Positions 17,031 through 27,559 of a stretch of DNA of 64,000 nucleotides are shown here, in pieces (positions within the stretch are counted from its first letter, which is position 1; every line of letters begins with the position of its first letter). The translations under genes and the position numbers were made by a program. The stretch is from Arenivirga flava (lineage in GTDB: Bacteria > Actinomycetota > Actinomycetes > Actinomycetales > Microbacteriaceae). The stretch lies in the NCBI RefSeq assembly GCF_030161575.1, contig NZ_BSUL01000001.1:1591809-1655808 (forward strand), in the 5' to 3' direction. The notes beneath the pieces are model-generated. The model saw only the letters and a list, made by a program, of their open reading frames with translations. It was not told the origin of the DNA and did not search any database.

Positions 17031-17894
17031 TCAGCTGCGGGCGTCGAGCACGGCCTGGTAGAGCTCGCGCTTCGACAGGCCGGTCGCGTCCGCGATCTCG
17101 GCGGCGGCGTCCTTCGTGCGGGCGCCGCCGGCGATGAGGCTCAGGGCCCGGCGCACGCCCTCCGCCAGGTCGGCGACCGCGGGCTGCGCGCCCTCGACGA
17201 CGACGCAGATCTCGCCGCGCACGCCGCCCTCGGCCCAGGCGGCGAGCTCCGACGCGGTGCCGCGGCGCACCTCCTCGTGCAGCTTGGTCAGCTCGCGGCA
17301 CACGGCGACGCGGCGCTCGGCGCCCATCGTCAGCGCGAGGTCGGCGAGCGACTCGGCGAGGCGGTGCGGCGATTCGAAGAAGACGAGCGTGCGCTGCTCG
17401 GCGGCGAGCGCCTCGAGCGCGCTGCGGCGCTCCCCCTGCTTGCGTGGCAGGAAGCCCTCGAAGCAGAAGCGGTCGGTCGGGAGTCCGCTCAGGGCCAACG
17501 CGGTGAGCACGGCGCTCGGGCCGGGCAGGGCGGTCACCGTGATCCCGGCCGCGGCGGCCGCAGCCACGAGCGGGAAGCCGGGGTCGCTGATCGCGGGCAT
17601 GCCCGCATCCGTGAGCACCAGCAGATCGCGCTCGCGGGCGAGCTCGACGAGCTCGTCCGCCTTCGCGTCCTCGTTGTGCTCGTGCAACGCGATCAGGCGC
17701 GGGCGCGACTCGACGCCGAGCGCGCGCAGCAGCTGGATCGTCGTGCGGGTGTCCTCCGCCGCGATGACCTCGGCGTTCTGCAGCGCCTCGACGAGGCGCC
17801 GGCTCGCGTCGCCGAGGTTGCCGATCGGGGTCGCGGCGAGGATGATCACCGCCCCATCCTCCCATCCGCTCGTCCGGGGCGCCGCCGGACGCAT
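17031..17894 (-). CDS. rsmI: 16S rRNA (cytidine1402-2'-O)-methyltransferase RsmI
   Basis: IILAATPIGNLGDAS… tetrapyrrole-methylase fold with the typical RsmI N-terminus. The exact start is uncertain. Confidence 0.85.
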   Translation of the reverse strand: MRPAAPRTSGWEDGAVIILAATPIGNLGDASRRLVEALQNAEVIAAEDTRTTIQLLRALGVESRPRLIALHEHNEDAKADELVELARERDLLVLTDAGMPAISDPGFPLVAAAAAAGITVTALPGPSAVLTALALSGLPTDRFCFEGFLPRKQGERRSALEALAAEQRTLVFFESPHRLAESLADLALTMGAERRVAVCRELTKLHEEVRRGTASELAAWAEGGVRGEICVVVEGAQPAVADLAEGVRRALSLIAGGARTKDAAAEIADATGLSKRELYQAVLDARS

Positions 17895-17962
17895 CCGCTG
17901 GTCCGGGGCGCCGCCCCGCCGACGTGCTTCGGCGGAACGACGGAGATCCTCCTGACCCGAAA

Positions 17963-18046
17963 TCCCGAATGACGGAAATCCTTCGGCACGCGGTGCCCCG
18001 ATCCCCGAGACCTCGGCATTCTCATCGGTGACTCCGTCATTCGGGC
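17963..18046. repeat. REP/MITE-like palindromic element, copy 1 (TCCCGAATGACGGAA…TCCGTCATTCGGG)
   Basis: Inverted arms of about 13-15 bp with a spacer of about 55 bp. The same arms recur at 20857-20942 and 60083-60164. Confidence 0.8.
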
Positions 18047-18140
18047 TCGCCGCCGGCTGAAGGGCCCCGCAGATCTCCGTCGTTCGGCGACGCGCTCATG
18101 TGCGAGCGGATGCGGACGGGCGCCGGATGCGAGCGGCCGC

Positions 18141-18911
18141 TCAGTGCATGTGCAGGCCGCCGTCGATGGAGATCGACGCGCCGTTGACGTAGCCGGCGTG
18201 CTCGGAGACGAGGAAGGACACGATCGCCCCGATCTCGTGGGGCGCGCCGACGCGCCCGACGGGCACGCGGGCCGACATGCCGTCCTTGCGCTCGTCGCTG
18301 AGCGTGCCGCCCATGATGTCGGTGTCGAACGGGCCGGGCAGCAGCACGTTGCAGGTGATCCCGTGCGGGCCCAGCTCGCGGGCGCCGCCGCGGGTGAGGC
18401 CCTGCACCGCGGCCTTCGCCGCCGCGTAGCCGGCCTTCGAGAAGGTGCCGCCGCCGTCGAGGGCCGTCACGGACGAGGTGTTGACGATCCGTCCGCCGAG
18501 ACCGTGGGCGATCATCCGCTCGCCCGCAGCCTGCATCATGAGCAGCGTGCCCTTGGCGTTGACCGCCATGACCTCGTCGAAGAGCTCGCCGGTGATCTCG
18601 AAGAACGACGCGGGGCTGGGGATGCCGGCGAGGTTGACCTCGGCGAGCACGGGCGGCAGCGCGGCGTCGACCTCGGCGAAGGCCGCATCGACGGCGGCCT
18701 TGTCGGTGATGTCGACGACGGCGCCGAGCGTCTTCGCGCCGGTCTCGGCGGCGAGCTCGGCGGCGAAGTCGACGACGCCGGGCTGCACGTCGAAGAGGGC
18801 CAGGCTCCAGCCCTCGGCGGCCAGGGCGCGGGCGACGTGGCGGCCCATGCCGCGCTCGCCGCCGGCTCCGGTGACGACGGCGGTGCGCTCGCTCGGGAAG
18901 GTGGTGCTCAT
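18141..18911 (-). CDS. SDR family NAD(P)-dependent oxidoreductase
   Basis: TGAGGERGMG glycine motif, NAG, and the Y…K catalytic pair (YAAAK). ATG (MSTTFPSE) at 18911. Confidence 0.85.
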   Translation of the reverse strand: MSTTFPSERTAVVTGAGGERGMGRHVARALAAEGWSLALFDVQPGVVDFAAELAAETGAKTLGAVVDITDKAAVDAAFAEVDAALPPVLAEVNLAGIPSPASFFEITGELFDEVMAVNAKGTLLMMQAAGERMIAHGLGGRIVNTSSVTALDGGGTFSKAGYAAAKAAVQGLTRGGARELGPHGITCNVLLPGPFDTDIMGGTLSDERKDGMSARVPVGRVGAPHEIGAIVSFLVSEHAGYVNGASISIDGGLHMH

Positions 18912-19021
18912 TGTGGGGTGGTCCTCTCGTCGTCGAGTGCCGGCTCTCCGGCCGCGCGGTGCCACGGTCGGCCGCAGCAGTCATCCTATAGGAAATATGG
19001 AGCTCGGATGAAGACGAGCGG

Positions 19022-20664
19022 ATGCGGGCACCGGGCAGCTCCGCACGGTCGGCCGAACCCCGCGCATCCGCTCGCCGGGCCCAACCCGAACAGCTCCCGT
19101 ACCATCGACCCGTGACCGCCGCGCCGCCGCTCGGGCTCGCCCCGACCGCGCCCGCCACCCTGCTCGACCGCCTGCGTGCCGACCCGCGCCGCCGTCGCGT
19201 GCTGCGCTGGGCGGCCCCCGCCGCCGTGCTGCTGCTCGCCGCCGTCGCCCGGCTCTGGAACCTCGGCGAGCCGCACGCGCTCGTCTTCGACGAGACCTTC
19301 TACGTCAAGGACGCCTGGACCCTGCTGCACCTCGGCTACGAGGGCGAATGGCCGGACGGGGCGAACGACGCCTTCGAAGCGGGCGACGTCGACGGCTACT
19401 CGACGGATCCCAGCTACGTGGCGCATCCGCCGCTCGGCAAGTGGTTCATCGCGCTCGGTCTCGCCGCCTTCGGTGCCGAGTACCCGGTCGGCTGGCGCAT
19501 CGGCACGGCGGTCGCCGGGGTGCTGCTCGTCGCGCTCACGATGATCGTGGCGAAGCTGCTCTGGCGCAGCACCGTGCTCGCCTGCGTCGCCGGCCTCGTG
19601 CTCGCTGTGGACGGCGGTGCCATCGTGCTGTCGCGGGTCGGCCTGCTCGACGTCTTCCTGGCGCTGCTCGGGCTGCTCGGCGCCGCCTTCGCACTGCTCG
19701 ACCGCCGCTGGGCCCGGCACCGCCTCGAGCGCTGGCTGGCACGCCGCGACGGACGCAGCACCGACTGGGGCCCGTCCTTCTGGTGGCGCCCCTGGCTGCT
19801 GGCCGCCGGCCTCGCCTTCGGCCTCGCGAGCGGCGTCAAGTGGTCCGGGCTCTACCTGCTGGCCGTGTTCGCCGTCTACTCGCTCGTCAGCGACATGCTC
19901 GACCGCCGCCGGGCCGGCGTGCACTTCTGGTTCACCGGCACGGTCGCCGGCCAGGGCGTGCCGAGCTTCCTGCTCACCGTGCCGCCGGCGCTGGTCGCCT
20001 ACCTCGCGACGTGGAGCGGATGGCTCGCCACGAGCGGCGGCTACTTCCGAGGCTGGGCGGCCGAGCCGGGGAACGCCTGGACCGGAGCCCTGTCGTGGGT
20101 TCCGCTGCCGCTGCAGAGCCTCTGGCACTACCAGGACAGCGTGTACCGCTTCCACGTGGGCCTCGCGGCCGAGCACGCCTACGCCTCCCCCGCGTGGCAG
20201 TGGCCGCTGCTGCTGCGCCCGACGAGCATGTACTACGAGGCGGACGGGAGCACCGGCGCGCTCATCACCTCGCTGCCAAACCCGCTGCTGTGGTGGGGCG
20301 GTTTCGCGGCGATGGGCTGGCTGGTCTATCGGCTGATCCGCACCCGCGACTGGACGCTCGGCCTGCCGCTCGTCGGGCTCGCCGCCGCGTGGCTGCCCTG
20401 GCTGCTCTACCCCGAGCGCACCATGTTCCAGTTCTACGGCATCGCCTTCCAGCCGTACCTGGCCCTGGCGCTCGCGGCCGCTGTGGGCGCGATGCTGGCG
20501 ACGCCTTCCCATCCGACCTGGCGACGCCAGACGGGCGAGCGGATCGTGGTGGTGCTGCTGATCGCGGCCGTCGCGATCAGCGCGTTCTTCACCCCCTGTG
20601 GACCGGCATCGAGGTGCCGATCACCTTCCTGCGCATGCACTACTGGCTGCCCGGCTGGATCTGA
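19022..20664 (+). CDS. pmt: dolichyl-phosphate-mannose-protein mannosyltransferase (GT39, Pmt), disrupted by a 1-nt deletion in a C5 run at 20592-20596
   Basis: RLWNLGEPHALVFDETFYVKDAWTLLHLGYE is a hallmark Pmt N-terminal loop, followed by many TM helices. The conserved C-terminus HPLWTGIEVPITFLRMHYWLPGWI is in the -1 frame and is restored by adding one C. The start is uncertain (19022 or GTG 19112). Confidence 0.8.
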
Positions 20665-20736
20665 CGGGGACCGCTCCGACCGATCCAGCAGCGCCGACTC
20701 CGGCATACGCGGATCCGGCAGGAACGCGATCCGTCC

Positions 20737-20856
20737 GATCCGGTCCGACGGTCCTCTGCCCGAGCCGCCTCCCTCCGATCCGGTCCGACGGTCCTCGGCC
20801 CGAGCCGCCTCCCTCCGATCCGGTCCGACGGTCCTCCGCCCGAGCCGCCTCCCTCC
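20737..20856. repeat. 3 x 40-bp tandem repeat (GATCCGGTCCGACGGTCCTCNGCCCGAGCCGCCTCCCTCC), apparently derived from the left arm of the adjacent palindromic element
   Basis: Direct reading. Only the N position varies (t/g/c). Confidence 0.85.
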
Positions 20857-20942
20857 GATCCCGAATGACGGAACTCCGCCGCGGGATCGACTGTCGGCTC
20901 GCAGGCCGGCTGGCTCCCCGACCAGGACGCCGTCATTCGGGA
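20857..20942. repeat. REP/MITE-like palindromic element, copy 2 (GATCCCGAATGACGGAACTCC…CCGTCATTCGGG)
   Basis: Same arms as the copies at 17963 and 60083. Convergent intergenic location. Confidence 0.8.
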
Positions 20943-21001
20943 CCGGGACGACGAGCGGATGCACGGCGCGGGTCGGGTACGGGTGCGTACGCCAGCCCAG
21001 G

Positions 21002-22222
21002 TCAGCTGCGGTCGCGCGGCCCGTACGTCAGCCGACGCAGCAGGCGCTCGGCCGGCCCGGGGACGCCGCGGCGCTCGAGCAGCACCGCACCGAGCAGGGT
21101 GAGCGCCCAGACCGCGACGGCGACGAGGTCGGCGACCGCGGTGCCGACCGTCGCGCCGAGCCCGCCCGCGTAGGGCGCGAAGACGAGCACGAAGAGCAGC
21201 GACTGCGCGAGGTAGCCGCTCAGCGAGCGGCGGCCGAGCGCGGCGAGCGCATCGGCGACAGGGCCGCGGCGCACCGCATCCGCTCCCCCGCGGGCCAGCA
21301 CCAGCCCGATCAGCGCGAGCACGCCGACGGCGCCGACGAGGCCGGTCACACCGTGCAGGGTCGCGGCGCCGAGCTCGGCGAAGGGGTTCAGCGAGGTCGC
21401 GCCACCGAGGTCGAGCGCCACCGGCAGCGCGCCGAGCAGCGAGACGCCGATGCCGACGACCGCGGCGAGGCGCAGCTGCGGACGGAACCGCCACGGCTCG
21501 TCCAGCACGCGCTTGCGCGCCAGCAGGGAGCCGAGCAGGGCGGGGCCGAGCAGCGCCGGGCCCAGGAACGGGAACGAGAGCTGCGCGAGCACCCACTCGC
21601 CGGCGCGCGCCAGCACGGCCCAGCCGAAGGCGTCGGCGCCGGCGGAGAGCAGCGGGTCGCCGACGCTGCCGGCCCCGAACGACGCGGTGAGGCCCATGAG
21701 CCCGTCCATCGCGGCGAACGGCACGTAGAGCGCGACGCCGACCCACATGAGCACCTTCACGAGCTGGTCGCTCGCCCGCACCAGCAGCACGAGCACCAGG
21801 CCGAGCAGCGCGTAGGTGCCCAGGATGTCGCCCGAGAACAGCAGCACGCCGTGCACCGCGCCGAAGCCGAGCAGCCAGAGGTTGCGGCGCACCAGCACGC
21901 CGCGCGCCTGCGGCCAGGGCGTGCCGAGCCGCTGCTGGCGCAGCACGAGCTGCGTCACGCCGTAGCCGAAGAGCAACGCGAACAGCGGCATGCTCCGGTT
22001 GTCGGCGAGCATCGCCACGAGCACGTCGGCGACGCGGTCGATCGGCGTCGGGTCCTCGGGCCGCATGAGCACGCCGCGCTCGCGGCCGTACAGGTGGAAG
22101 GCGACGTTCGCGAGCGCGATGCCCAGCAGCATGAGACCGCGGGCGACGTCCGGTCCGAGCGAGCGCTCGCTGCCCGGGGTGGCGGATGAGCGGATGGGCG
22201 GGGTCGGGATCGGCGCCGTCAT
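21002..22222 (-). CDS. DUF418 (YeiB-like) family membrane protein
   Basis: 406 aa polytopic membrane protein (…LLFGYGVTQLV…). ATG at 22222. The upstream part of the listed 818-aa ORF is junk. Confidence 0.65.
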   Translation of the reverse strand: MTAPIPTPPIRSSATPGSERSLGPDVARGLMLLGIALANVAFHLYGRERGVLMRPEDPTPIDRVADVLVAMLADNRSMPLFALLFGYGVTQLVLRQQRLGTPWPQARGVLVRRNLWLLGFGAVHGVLLFSGDILGTYALLGLVLVLLVRASDQLVKVLMWVGVALYVPFAAMDGLMGLTASFGAGSVGDPLLSAGADAFGWAVLARAGEWVLAQLSFPFLGPALLGPALLGSLLARKRVLDEPWRFRPQLRLAAVVGIGVSLLGALPVALDLGGATSLNPFAELGAATLHGVTGLVGAVGVLALIGLVLARGGADAVRRGPVADALAALGRRSLSGYLAQSLLFVLVFAPYAGGLGATVGTAVADLVAVAVWALTLLGAVLLERRGVPGPAERLLRRLTYGPRDRS

Positions 22223-22303
22223 GCCCGCGACGCTAGCAGCGCCGCCGGTAACGCGGCGTCGCAGCGGACGATCGCCCGCCCCTGCTCGGGTACCGTTCAC
22301 TGC

Positions 22304-23596
22304 ATGGCAGACCGCGAATACGGCTTCAAGACCAGGGCGATCCACGCCGGCAACATCCCGGATGCGGTGAGCGGCTCCCGCGCCCTGCCCATCTACCAGT
22401 CGAGCGCCTTCGTCTTCGACGACACCGCGGATGCGGCGGCCCGCTTCGCGCTGCAGAAGTACGGCAACATCTACAGCCGCCTCGCCAACCCGACGGTGGC
22501 GAGCTTCGAGGAGCGCGTCGCCTCGCTGGAGGGCGGCCTCGGCGCCGTGGCGACCGCATCCGGTCTCGGCGCGCAGTTCATCACCTTCGTGGCCCTCGCC
22601 GGCGCCGGCGACCACATCGTCGCCTCCGCGAACCTCTACGGCGGGTCGATCACGCAGCTGGACGTCACGCTGCGCCGGCTCGGCATCGAGACGACCTTCG
22701 TGCGCTCCTCCGACCCCGTCGACTACGCCGCGGCGATCACCGACCGCACCAGGGCGGTGTTCGCCGAGACGATCGCGAACCCGTCCGGTGAGATCGCCGA
22801 CATCGAGGGCCTCGCCGACGTCGCGCACGCGGCCGGCGTGCCGCTCATCATCGACTCGACGATCGCGACGCCCTACCTCAACCGTCCGATCGAGTGGGGC
22901 GCCGACATCGTCACGCACTCGGCCACCAAGTTCCTGGGCGGCCACGGCACCACCCTCGGCGGCGTCGTCGTCGAGAGCGGGCGCTTCCACTGGGCCAGCG
23001 ACCGCTTCCCGCTCTTCGACACCGAGGTGCCGAGCTACGGCGGCCTCAACTGGCACGGCAACTTCGGCGAGTACGCGTTCCTCACCCGGCTGCGCGCCGA
23101 GCAGCTGCGCGACATCGGCCCGGCCCTCGCCCCGCACTCCGCATGGCTGCTGGCGCAGGGCGTCGAGACCCTGCCGTACCGCATCCAGGCGCACGTCGAC
23201 AACGCGCGCAAGGTCGCCGAGTGGCTCGACGCGGACGACCGCATCGAAGCCGTCTACTGGCCCGGCCTCGAGAACCACCCCCACCACGAGCGCGCGCTCA
23301 AGTACCTGCCCAAGGGCCCGGGCTCGGTCTTCAGCTTCGTCGTCAAGGGCGGCCGCGCGGTGGGCCAGCAGTTCATCGAGTCGGTCGAGCTCGCCAGCCA
23401 CCTGGCCAACATCGGCGACGCCAAGACGCTGGTCATCCACCCCGCCTCGACCACCCACGCCCAGCTCACCGAGCAGCAGCTCGTCGACGCGGGCGTGCTG
23501 CCCGGCGTGGTCCGCATCAGCGTCGGCATCGAGGACGCGGACGACATCATCTACGATCTCGATCAGGCCCTCGCCCAGGCCGTGAAGGAGTCCTGA
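22304..23596 (+). CDS. metY: O-acetylhomoserine aminocarboxypropyltransferase / sulfhydrylase (PLP-dependent)
   Basis: Cys/Met-metabolism PLP enzyme fold. Contains [14 protein letters not shown] (PLP lysine) and the N-terminal FKTRAIHAG. Confidence 0.9.
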   Translation: MADREYGFKTRAIHAGNIPDAVSGSRALPIYQSSAFVFDDTADAAARFALQKYGNIYSRLANPTVASFEERVASLEGGLGAVATASGLGAQFITFVALAGAGDHIVASANLYGGSITQLDVTLRRLGIETTFVRSSDPVDYAAAITDRTRAVFAETIANPSGEIADIEGLADVAHAAGVPLIIDSTIATPYLNRPIEWGADIVTHSATKFLGGHGTTLGGVVVESGRFHWASDRFPLFDTEVPSYGGLNWHGNFGEYAFLTRLRAEQLRDIGPALAPHSAWLLAQGVETLPYRIQAHVDNARKVAEWLDADDRIEAVYWPGLENHPHHERALKYLPKGPGSVFSFVVKGGRAVGQQFIESVELASHLANIGDAKTLVIHPASTTHAQLTEQQLVDAGVLPGVVRISVGIEDADDIIYDLDQALAQAVKES

Positions 23597-24162
23597 TGAG
23601 CACCACGGAGACCGTCACCCTCGCGAACGGGCTCACCTGCGGGATCCCCTCCGATTCCCCGCTGGCGAAGCTGCTCAAGTCGCAGCGCACCTGGGTGGGC
23701 CCGGGTGCGAAGGACCGCCTCGGCATCCTGCGCGCCGCGAAGAGCATCGCGATCGTCGGCGCGTCGCCGAAGCCCGAGCGCGCCAGCTACTTCGTCGGCA
23801 CGTACCTGCTGCAGTCGACCGACTACACCGTCTACTTCGTCAACCCGAACGCCGACGAGATCCTCGGCCAGCCGGTCTACAGGTCGCTCGCCGACCTGCC
23901 CGAGGTGCCGGACATCGTGGACGTGTTCCGCAAGGCCAGCGACATCCCCTCCGTCATCGACGAGGTCGTCGCCATCGGCGCGAAGACGATCTGGGTGCAG
24001 CTCGGCATCTGGAACCAAGAGGCGGCGATCTCCGGCGAGCAGCAGGGCCTGACGGTGGTCATGGACCGCTGCATCAAGGTCGAGCACGCCCGCTTCCACG
24101 GCGGCCTGCACCTCATGGGCTTCGACACGGGCCACATCAGTTCGCGCAAGCTCGCGCGCTGA
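23596..24162 (+). CDS. CoA-binding domain protein
   Basis: ATGA overlap with metY. …SIAIVGASPKPERASYFV…VDVFRKASDIP… is a CoA-binding Rossmann-like fold. Confidence 0.75.
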   Translation: MSTTETVTLANGLTCGIPSDSPLAKLLKSQRTWVGPGAKDRLGILRAAKSIAIVGASPKPERASYFVGTYLLQSTDYTVYFVNPNADEILGQPVYRSLADLPEVPDIVDVFRKASDIPSVIDEVVAIGAKTIWVQLGIWNQEAAISGEQQGLTVVMDRCIKVEHARFHGGLHLMGFDTGHISSRKLAR

Positions 24163-24171
24163 GCGACGACG

Positions 24172-24208
24172 AGGGCCCGGGAGCTGCCGCGCGGCGCACG
24201 GGCCCTCG
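24172..24208. terminator. Hairpin (9-bp GC stem gagggcccg/cgggccctc) between convergent genes
   Basis: Direct reading. The loop is long (19 nt). Confidence 0.3.
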
Positions 24209-24222
24209 CTCGTGCACGCGGC

Positions 24223-25755
24223 TCAGCGGGCCCCGACGCGCTGCCGCGCATCGCGTCGCGCGTGCCGCAGGTGCTGCACGGCGCTGATCGCGACGGCGGC
24301 CGCCATGACGGCGTAGAGCACCACCGTGATCGGCGAGCCGACGAGCACCGAGGGGTCGCCCTCCGAGACCGCGAGGGCCCGGCGCAGCTCCGTCTCGGCG
24401 AGCGGGCCGAGGATCGCGGCGATGAGCACGGGTGCGAGCGGGATCTCGAAGCGACGCATGACCACCCCGATGACGCCGATCGCGAGCAGCAGCCACAGGT
24501 CGAGCGTGGACGACGCGATCGCGTAGACGCCGAGCATGGCCACCACGGTGATGCCCGCGTAGAGGTAGTGACGGGGGATGACGAGCAGCTTGGCCCAGAC
24601 CGCCGCGAACGGCAGGTTCAGCACGAGCAGGATCACCAGCCCCAGGAACAGGCTGGCGATGAGCGGCCAGACGAGGTCGGCGCTGCGCTCGAAGAGCAGC
24701 GGCCCCGGCTGCATGCCGTACTGCTGGAACGCGGCGAGCATCATGGCCGCGGTCGCCGAGGTCGGCAGCCCGAGGGCGAGCAGCGCCCCCATCGCCGTGC
24801 CGGCCGTCGCGTTGCCCGCCGCCTCGGGACCGGCGACGCCCTGGATCGCGCCTCGGGTTCCGAAGTCGGGGTCGCGACGGCGCTGCGCGAGCCGCTTCTC
24901 CGTGCCGTACGCGAGGAAGGTGGGCACCTCCGATCCGCCCACGGGGATCACGCCGAACGGCAGACCGAACGAGGTGCCGCGCAGGAAGGCCGGCAGCGCC
25001 TTGCGCCACTCGGCGCCGCGCAAGAAGGGCGAGCCCCCGCCGATCGCGAGGGTGCCCGTCCGCGAGCGCTCCCGGCGGATGCGGGAGCCGACGTACAGCA
25101 CCTCGCCGATCGCGAGCAGCCCGAGCGTCACCACGATGATCGAGATGCCATCGAAGAGCGCGGGCGCCCCCATGGTGAAGCGCTGGGCGCCGCTCGCCTG
25201 GTCGATGCCGACGAGCGTGATCAGGAGCCCCAGGCCGAGCGCGGTGAGCCCGCGCACCACGGATTCCGCGACCACGGACGAGATCGCCACGAAGGCGAAG
25301 GCCGCGAGCGCGAAGTACTCGGCGGGGCCGAACAGCGAGGCCACGGTGGCGAGGTAGGGCGCGAGGAAGACGACCGCGGTGGTGGCGATGGTGCCGCCGA
25401 TGAAGGCACCGATGGCGCTCGTGCCGAGGGCCTTCGCCGCGCGGCCGTCGCGCGCCATCCGGTGCCCTTCGAAGGTCGTCGCGATCGCCGAGGAGTTGCC
25501 GGGGGTGTTCAGCAGGATGCCCGCGGTGGAGTCGCCGAACAACCCGCCGAAGTAGATGCTCGCGAACATGATGAACGCGCCGGTCGGGTCGAGGGCGAAC
25601 GTGACCGGCAGCAGCAGCGCCACCGCCATGGCCGAGCCGAGGCCGGGCAGCACCCCGACCGCGGTTCCGAGCACGGCGCCGATCAGCAGCCAGAGCAGGT
25701 TGATCGGCTCGAGCGCGACGCTGAATCCGCCGAGCAGGCTGGTCAGCTGATCCAT
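24223..25755 (-). CDS. tctA: tripartite tricarboxylate transporter permease TctA
   Basis: 510 aa polytopic. MDQLTSLLGGFSVALEPINLLWLLIGAVLGTAVGVLPGLG… is the typical TctA N-terminus. Confidence 0.85.
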   Translation of the reverse strand: MDQLTSLLGGFSVALEPINLLWLLIGAVLGTAVGVLPGLGSAMAVALLLPVTFALDPTGAFIMFASIYFGGLFGDSTAGILLNTPGNSSAIATTFEGHRMARDGRAAKALGTSAIGAFIGGTIATTAVVFLAPYLATVASLFGPAEYFALAAFAFVAISSVVAESVVRGLTALGLGLLITLVGIDQASGAQRFTMGAPALFDGISIIVVTLGLLAIGEVLYVGSRIRRERSRTGTLAIGGGSPFLRGAEWRKALPAFLRGTSFGLPFGVIPVGGSEVPTFLAYGTEKRLAQRRRDPDFGTRGAIQGVAGPEAAGNATAGTAMGALLALGLPTSATAAMMLAAFQQYGMQPGPLLFERSADLVWPLIASLFLGLVILLVLNLPFAAVWAKLLVIPRHYLYAGITVVAMLGVYAIASSTLDLWLLLAIGVIGVVMRRFEIPLAPVLIAAILGPLAETELRRALAVSEGDPSVLVGSPITVVLYAVMAAAVAISAVQHLRHARRDARQRVGAR

Positions 25756-26423
25756 GCGAAGACCCCCTCGAAGATGCCCGAGGGCAGCGACAGACCGAGC
25801 CCCGCCGAGAAGGCGAGCTGCACAGTGCCGGCGACGAGGGCGGATACGCCGATGTCGAAGAGCGGACGGCGGCTGCCGAAGATGCGGCAGACGGTCCAGA
25901 ACAGGGCCGCCGAGCTCAGCAGCCATCCGACCGGCTCGAGCACCAGCACGAACCCGGCCAGCGCGCCGACGAGCAGCAGCAGGTTGCGCCAGTCGAGCCC
26001 CGGCCGCTCCACGATCGCCGCATCGGCGGCCCGGGCGGCGGCCGCTGCACGGGCGCGCGGATGCTCCGGGTCGACGACGCCGATCTCGCTCGTGGCGTCG
26101 AGCCGACCCAGGTCCTCGAGCAGGTCGGCGGAGAGCTCGCCGGGACGGGAGTCCTCCGGGAGCTCGCGCGGATTGCGGACCACCGAGATCGCGTAGGCGA
26201 CCGCGAGCACGCCCAGCAGCAGCGCGACGATGGTCGGGAAGAAGCGCGGCCCGGGCGCCGCGGTGTTCGGCGGCACCTCCATGGCCGCGGTGCCGATACC
26301 GAGGCCGACGGCGAGGATCAGCACCGCCACGGGCACGACCAGTTCGACGCGGCGGCGGAGCCATCGGCTGCGATCCGTGCCCTGGGTGCTCCCGGTTCCC
26401 CGCTCGTGCTCGGTGGCGGTCAC
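25743..26423 (-). CDS. tctB: tripartite tricarboxylate transporter small membrane subunit TctB
   Basis: Small 4-TM protein immediately upstream of TctA and overlapping it. Typical operon arrangement. Confidence 0.65.
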   Translation of the reverse strand: MTATEHERGTGSTQGTDRSRWLRRRVELVVPVAVLILAVGLGIGTAAMEVPPNTAAPGPRFFPTIVALLLGVLAVAYAISVVRNPRELPEDSRPGELSADLLEDLGRLDATSEIGVVDPEHPRARAAAAARAADAAIVERPGLDWRNLLLLVGALAGFVLVLEPVGWLLSSAALFWTVCRIFGSRRPLFDIGVSALVAGTVQLAFSAGLGLSLPSGIFEGVFAWIS

Positions 26424-27400
26424 AGGCCCAGCTCCTCGATGATCGTCTCGATGCGGGTGCTCTCCGCCTCGAGGAAGGCGCCGAACTCGTCCCCCACGAG
26501 CATCGAGTCGGTCCAGTTGTTGCGGTCGAGGGTCGCGCGCCAGGCGTCGGAGGCCTGCATCTCCTCGACGATCGCGATGAGCTCGGCCCGCGTCTCGTCG
26601 CTGATGTCCGGCGGCGCCACGAGGCCGCGCCAGTTCGACATCGCCACGTCGACGCCCGCCTCGCGGAAGGTCGGGATGCCGAGGCCCTCCTGCGGCTCCT
26701 CCGCCGAGACGGCCAGTGCGCGGATGTTGCCGACCTCGATCTGGTCGCGGAACTCGTTGAGCCCCGAGATGCCCGCCGCGGCCGAGTTGGAGAGCATGGA
26801 GGAGACCACCTCGCCGCCACCCGGGTAGGCGATGTAGTTCACGTCGCGCGGATCGATCCCCACCTCCGCGCCGGCGAGCCCCGCCACCAGATGGTCGATG
26901 CCGCCCAGCGAACCGCCGGCGATGGCCGTGCCCCCGGGGTCCTCCTGCCAGGCCGCGACGAAGTCGTCGAGGGTCTCGTACGGGGAGTCGGCGGGCACCA
27001 CGAGCACCGCGTAGTCGTCGGCGATGCGGGCGATCGGCGTCGTGTGCTCGAGCGTCTCGCCCGAGGTCGCCATCGCGACGCCGCCGATCATCACGGTGCC
27101 GGTGACGAGCATGATGTCGTGCCGGTCGCCCATCTGGGCGACCTGGCCGAGCCCGATCGTGCCGGCCGCGCCCGGCACGTTGACGACCTGCACGGTGCTC
27201 GAGGCGCCCTCGTCGCGGATCACCTGCTGCGCCTCACGCGCGAAGGCGTCCCAGCCGCCGCCGGGGGCCGCCGGGGCGACGAGCGTGAGCGCGGTGCGGG
27301 GCGTGGCGCCGGCACCCCCTCCGCTCGCATCCACGGCCGCCAGGCCGAAGACGGCGGCGCTCGCTGCCGAGAACAGGATGAGCGGTATGCGTCGTCGCAT
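26420..27400 (-). CDS. tctC: tripartite tricarboxylate transporter substrate-binding protein TctC (signal peptide)
   Basis: N-terminal signal peptide. Bug/TctC-family periplasmic binding fold (…IVLVTGTVMIGG…). It comes first in the tctCBA order. Confidence 0.8.
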   Translation of the reverse strand: MRRRIPLILFSAASAAVFGLAAVDASGGGAGATPRTALTLVAPAAPGGGWDAFAREAQQVIRDEGASSTVQVVNVPGAAGTIGLGQVAQMGDRHDIMLVTGTVMIGGVAMATSGETLEHTTPIARIADDYAVLVVPADSPYETLDDFVAAWQEDPGGTAIAGGSLGGIDHLVAGLAGAEVGIDPRDVNYIAYPGGGEVVSSMLSNSAAAGISGLNEFRDQIEVGNIRALAVSAEEPQEGLGIPTFREAGVDVAMSNWRGLVAPPDISDETRAELIAIVEEMQASDAWRATLDRNNWTDSMLVGDEFGAFLEAESTRIETIIEELGL

Positions 27401-27490
27401 GCACGTCCTTCACGTCGGGGCGACATCGTCGTGGCCGCCGGGGTGCTGCCACCACCTTGCCACAGCCGGAACCGATGGTGTGACCCGAAC

Positions 27491-27528
27491 GAGGGAGGGC
27501 CCGGGAGCATCGCTCCCGGGCCCTCGTC
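27491..27528. terminator. Strong hairpin (12-bp GC stem gggcccgggagc/gctcccgggccc, 3-nt loop) downstream of the aldo/keto reductase
   Basis: Direct reading. Confidence 0.5.
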
Positions 27529-27559
27529 GTCGCGCTGCGCGGACTCGTTGATCTCGGCG

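Noticed and set aside
22223-22303. Possible SAM riboswitch upstream of metY
   Set aside because: The leader is only about 80 nt. I could not recognise conserved SAM-I or SAM-IV helices by eye, and cannot verify without a covariance-model search.
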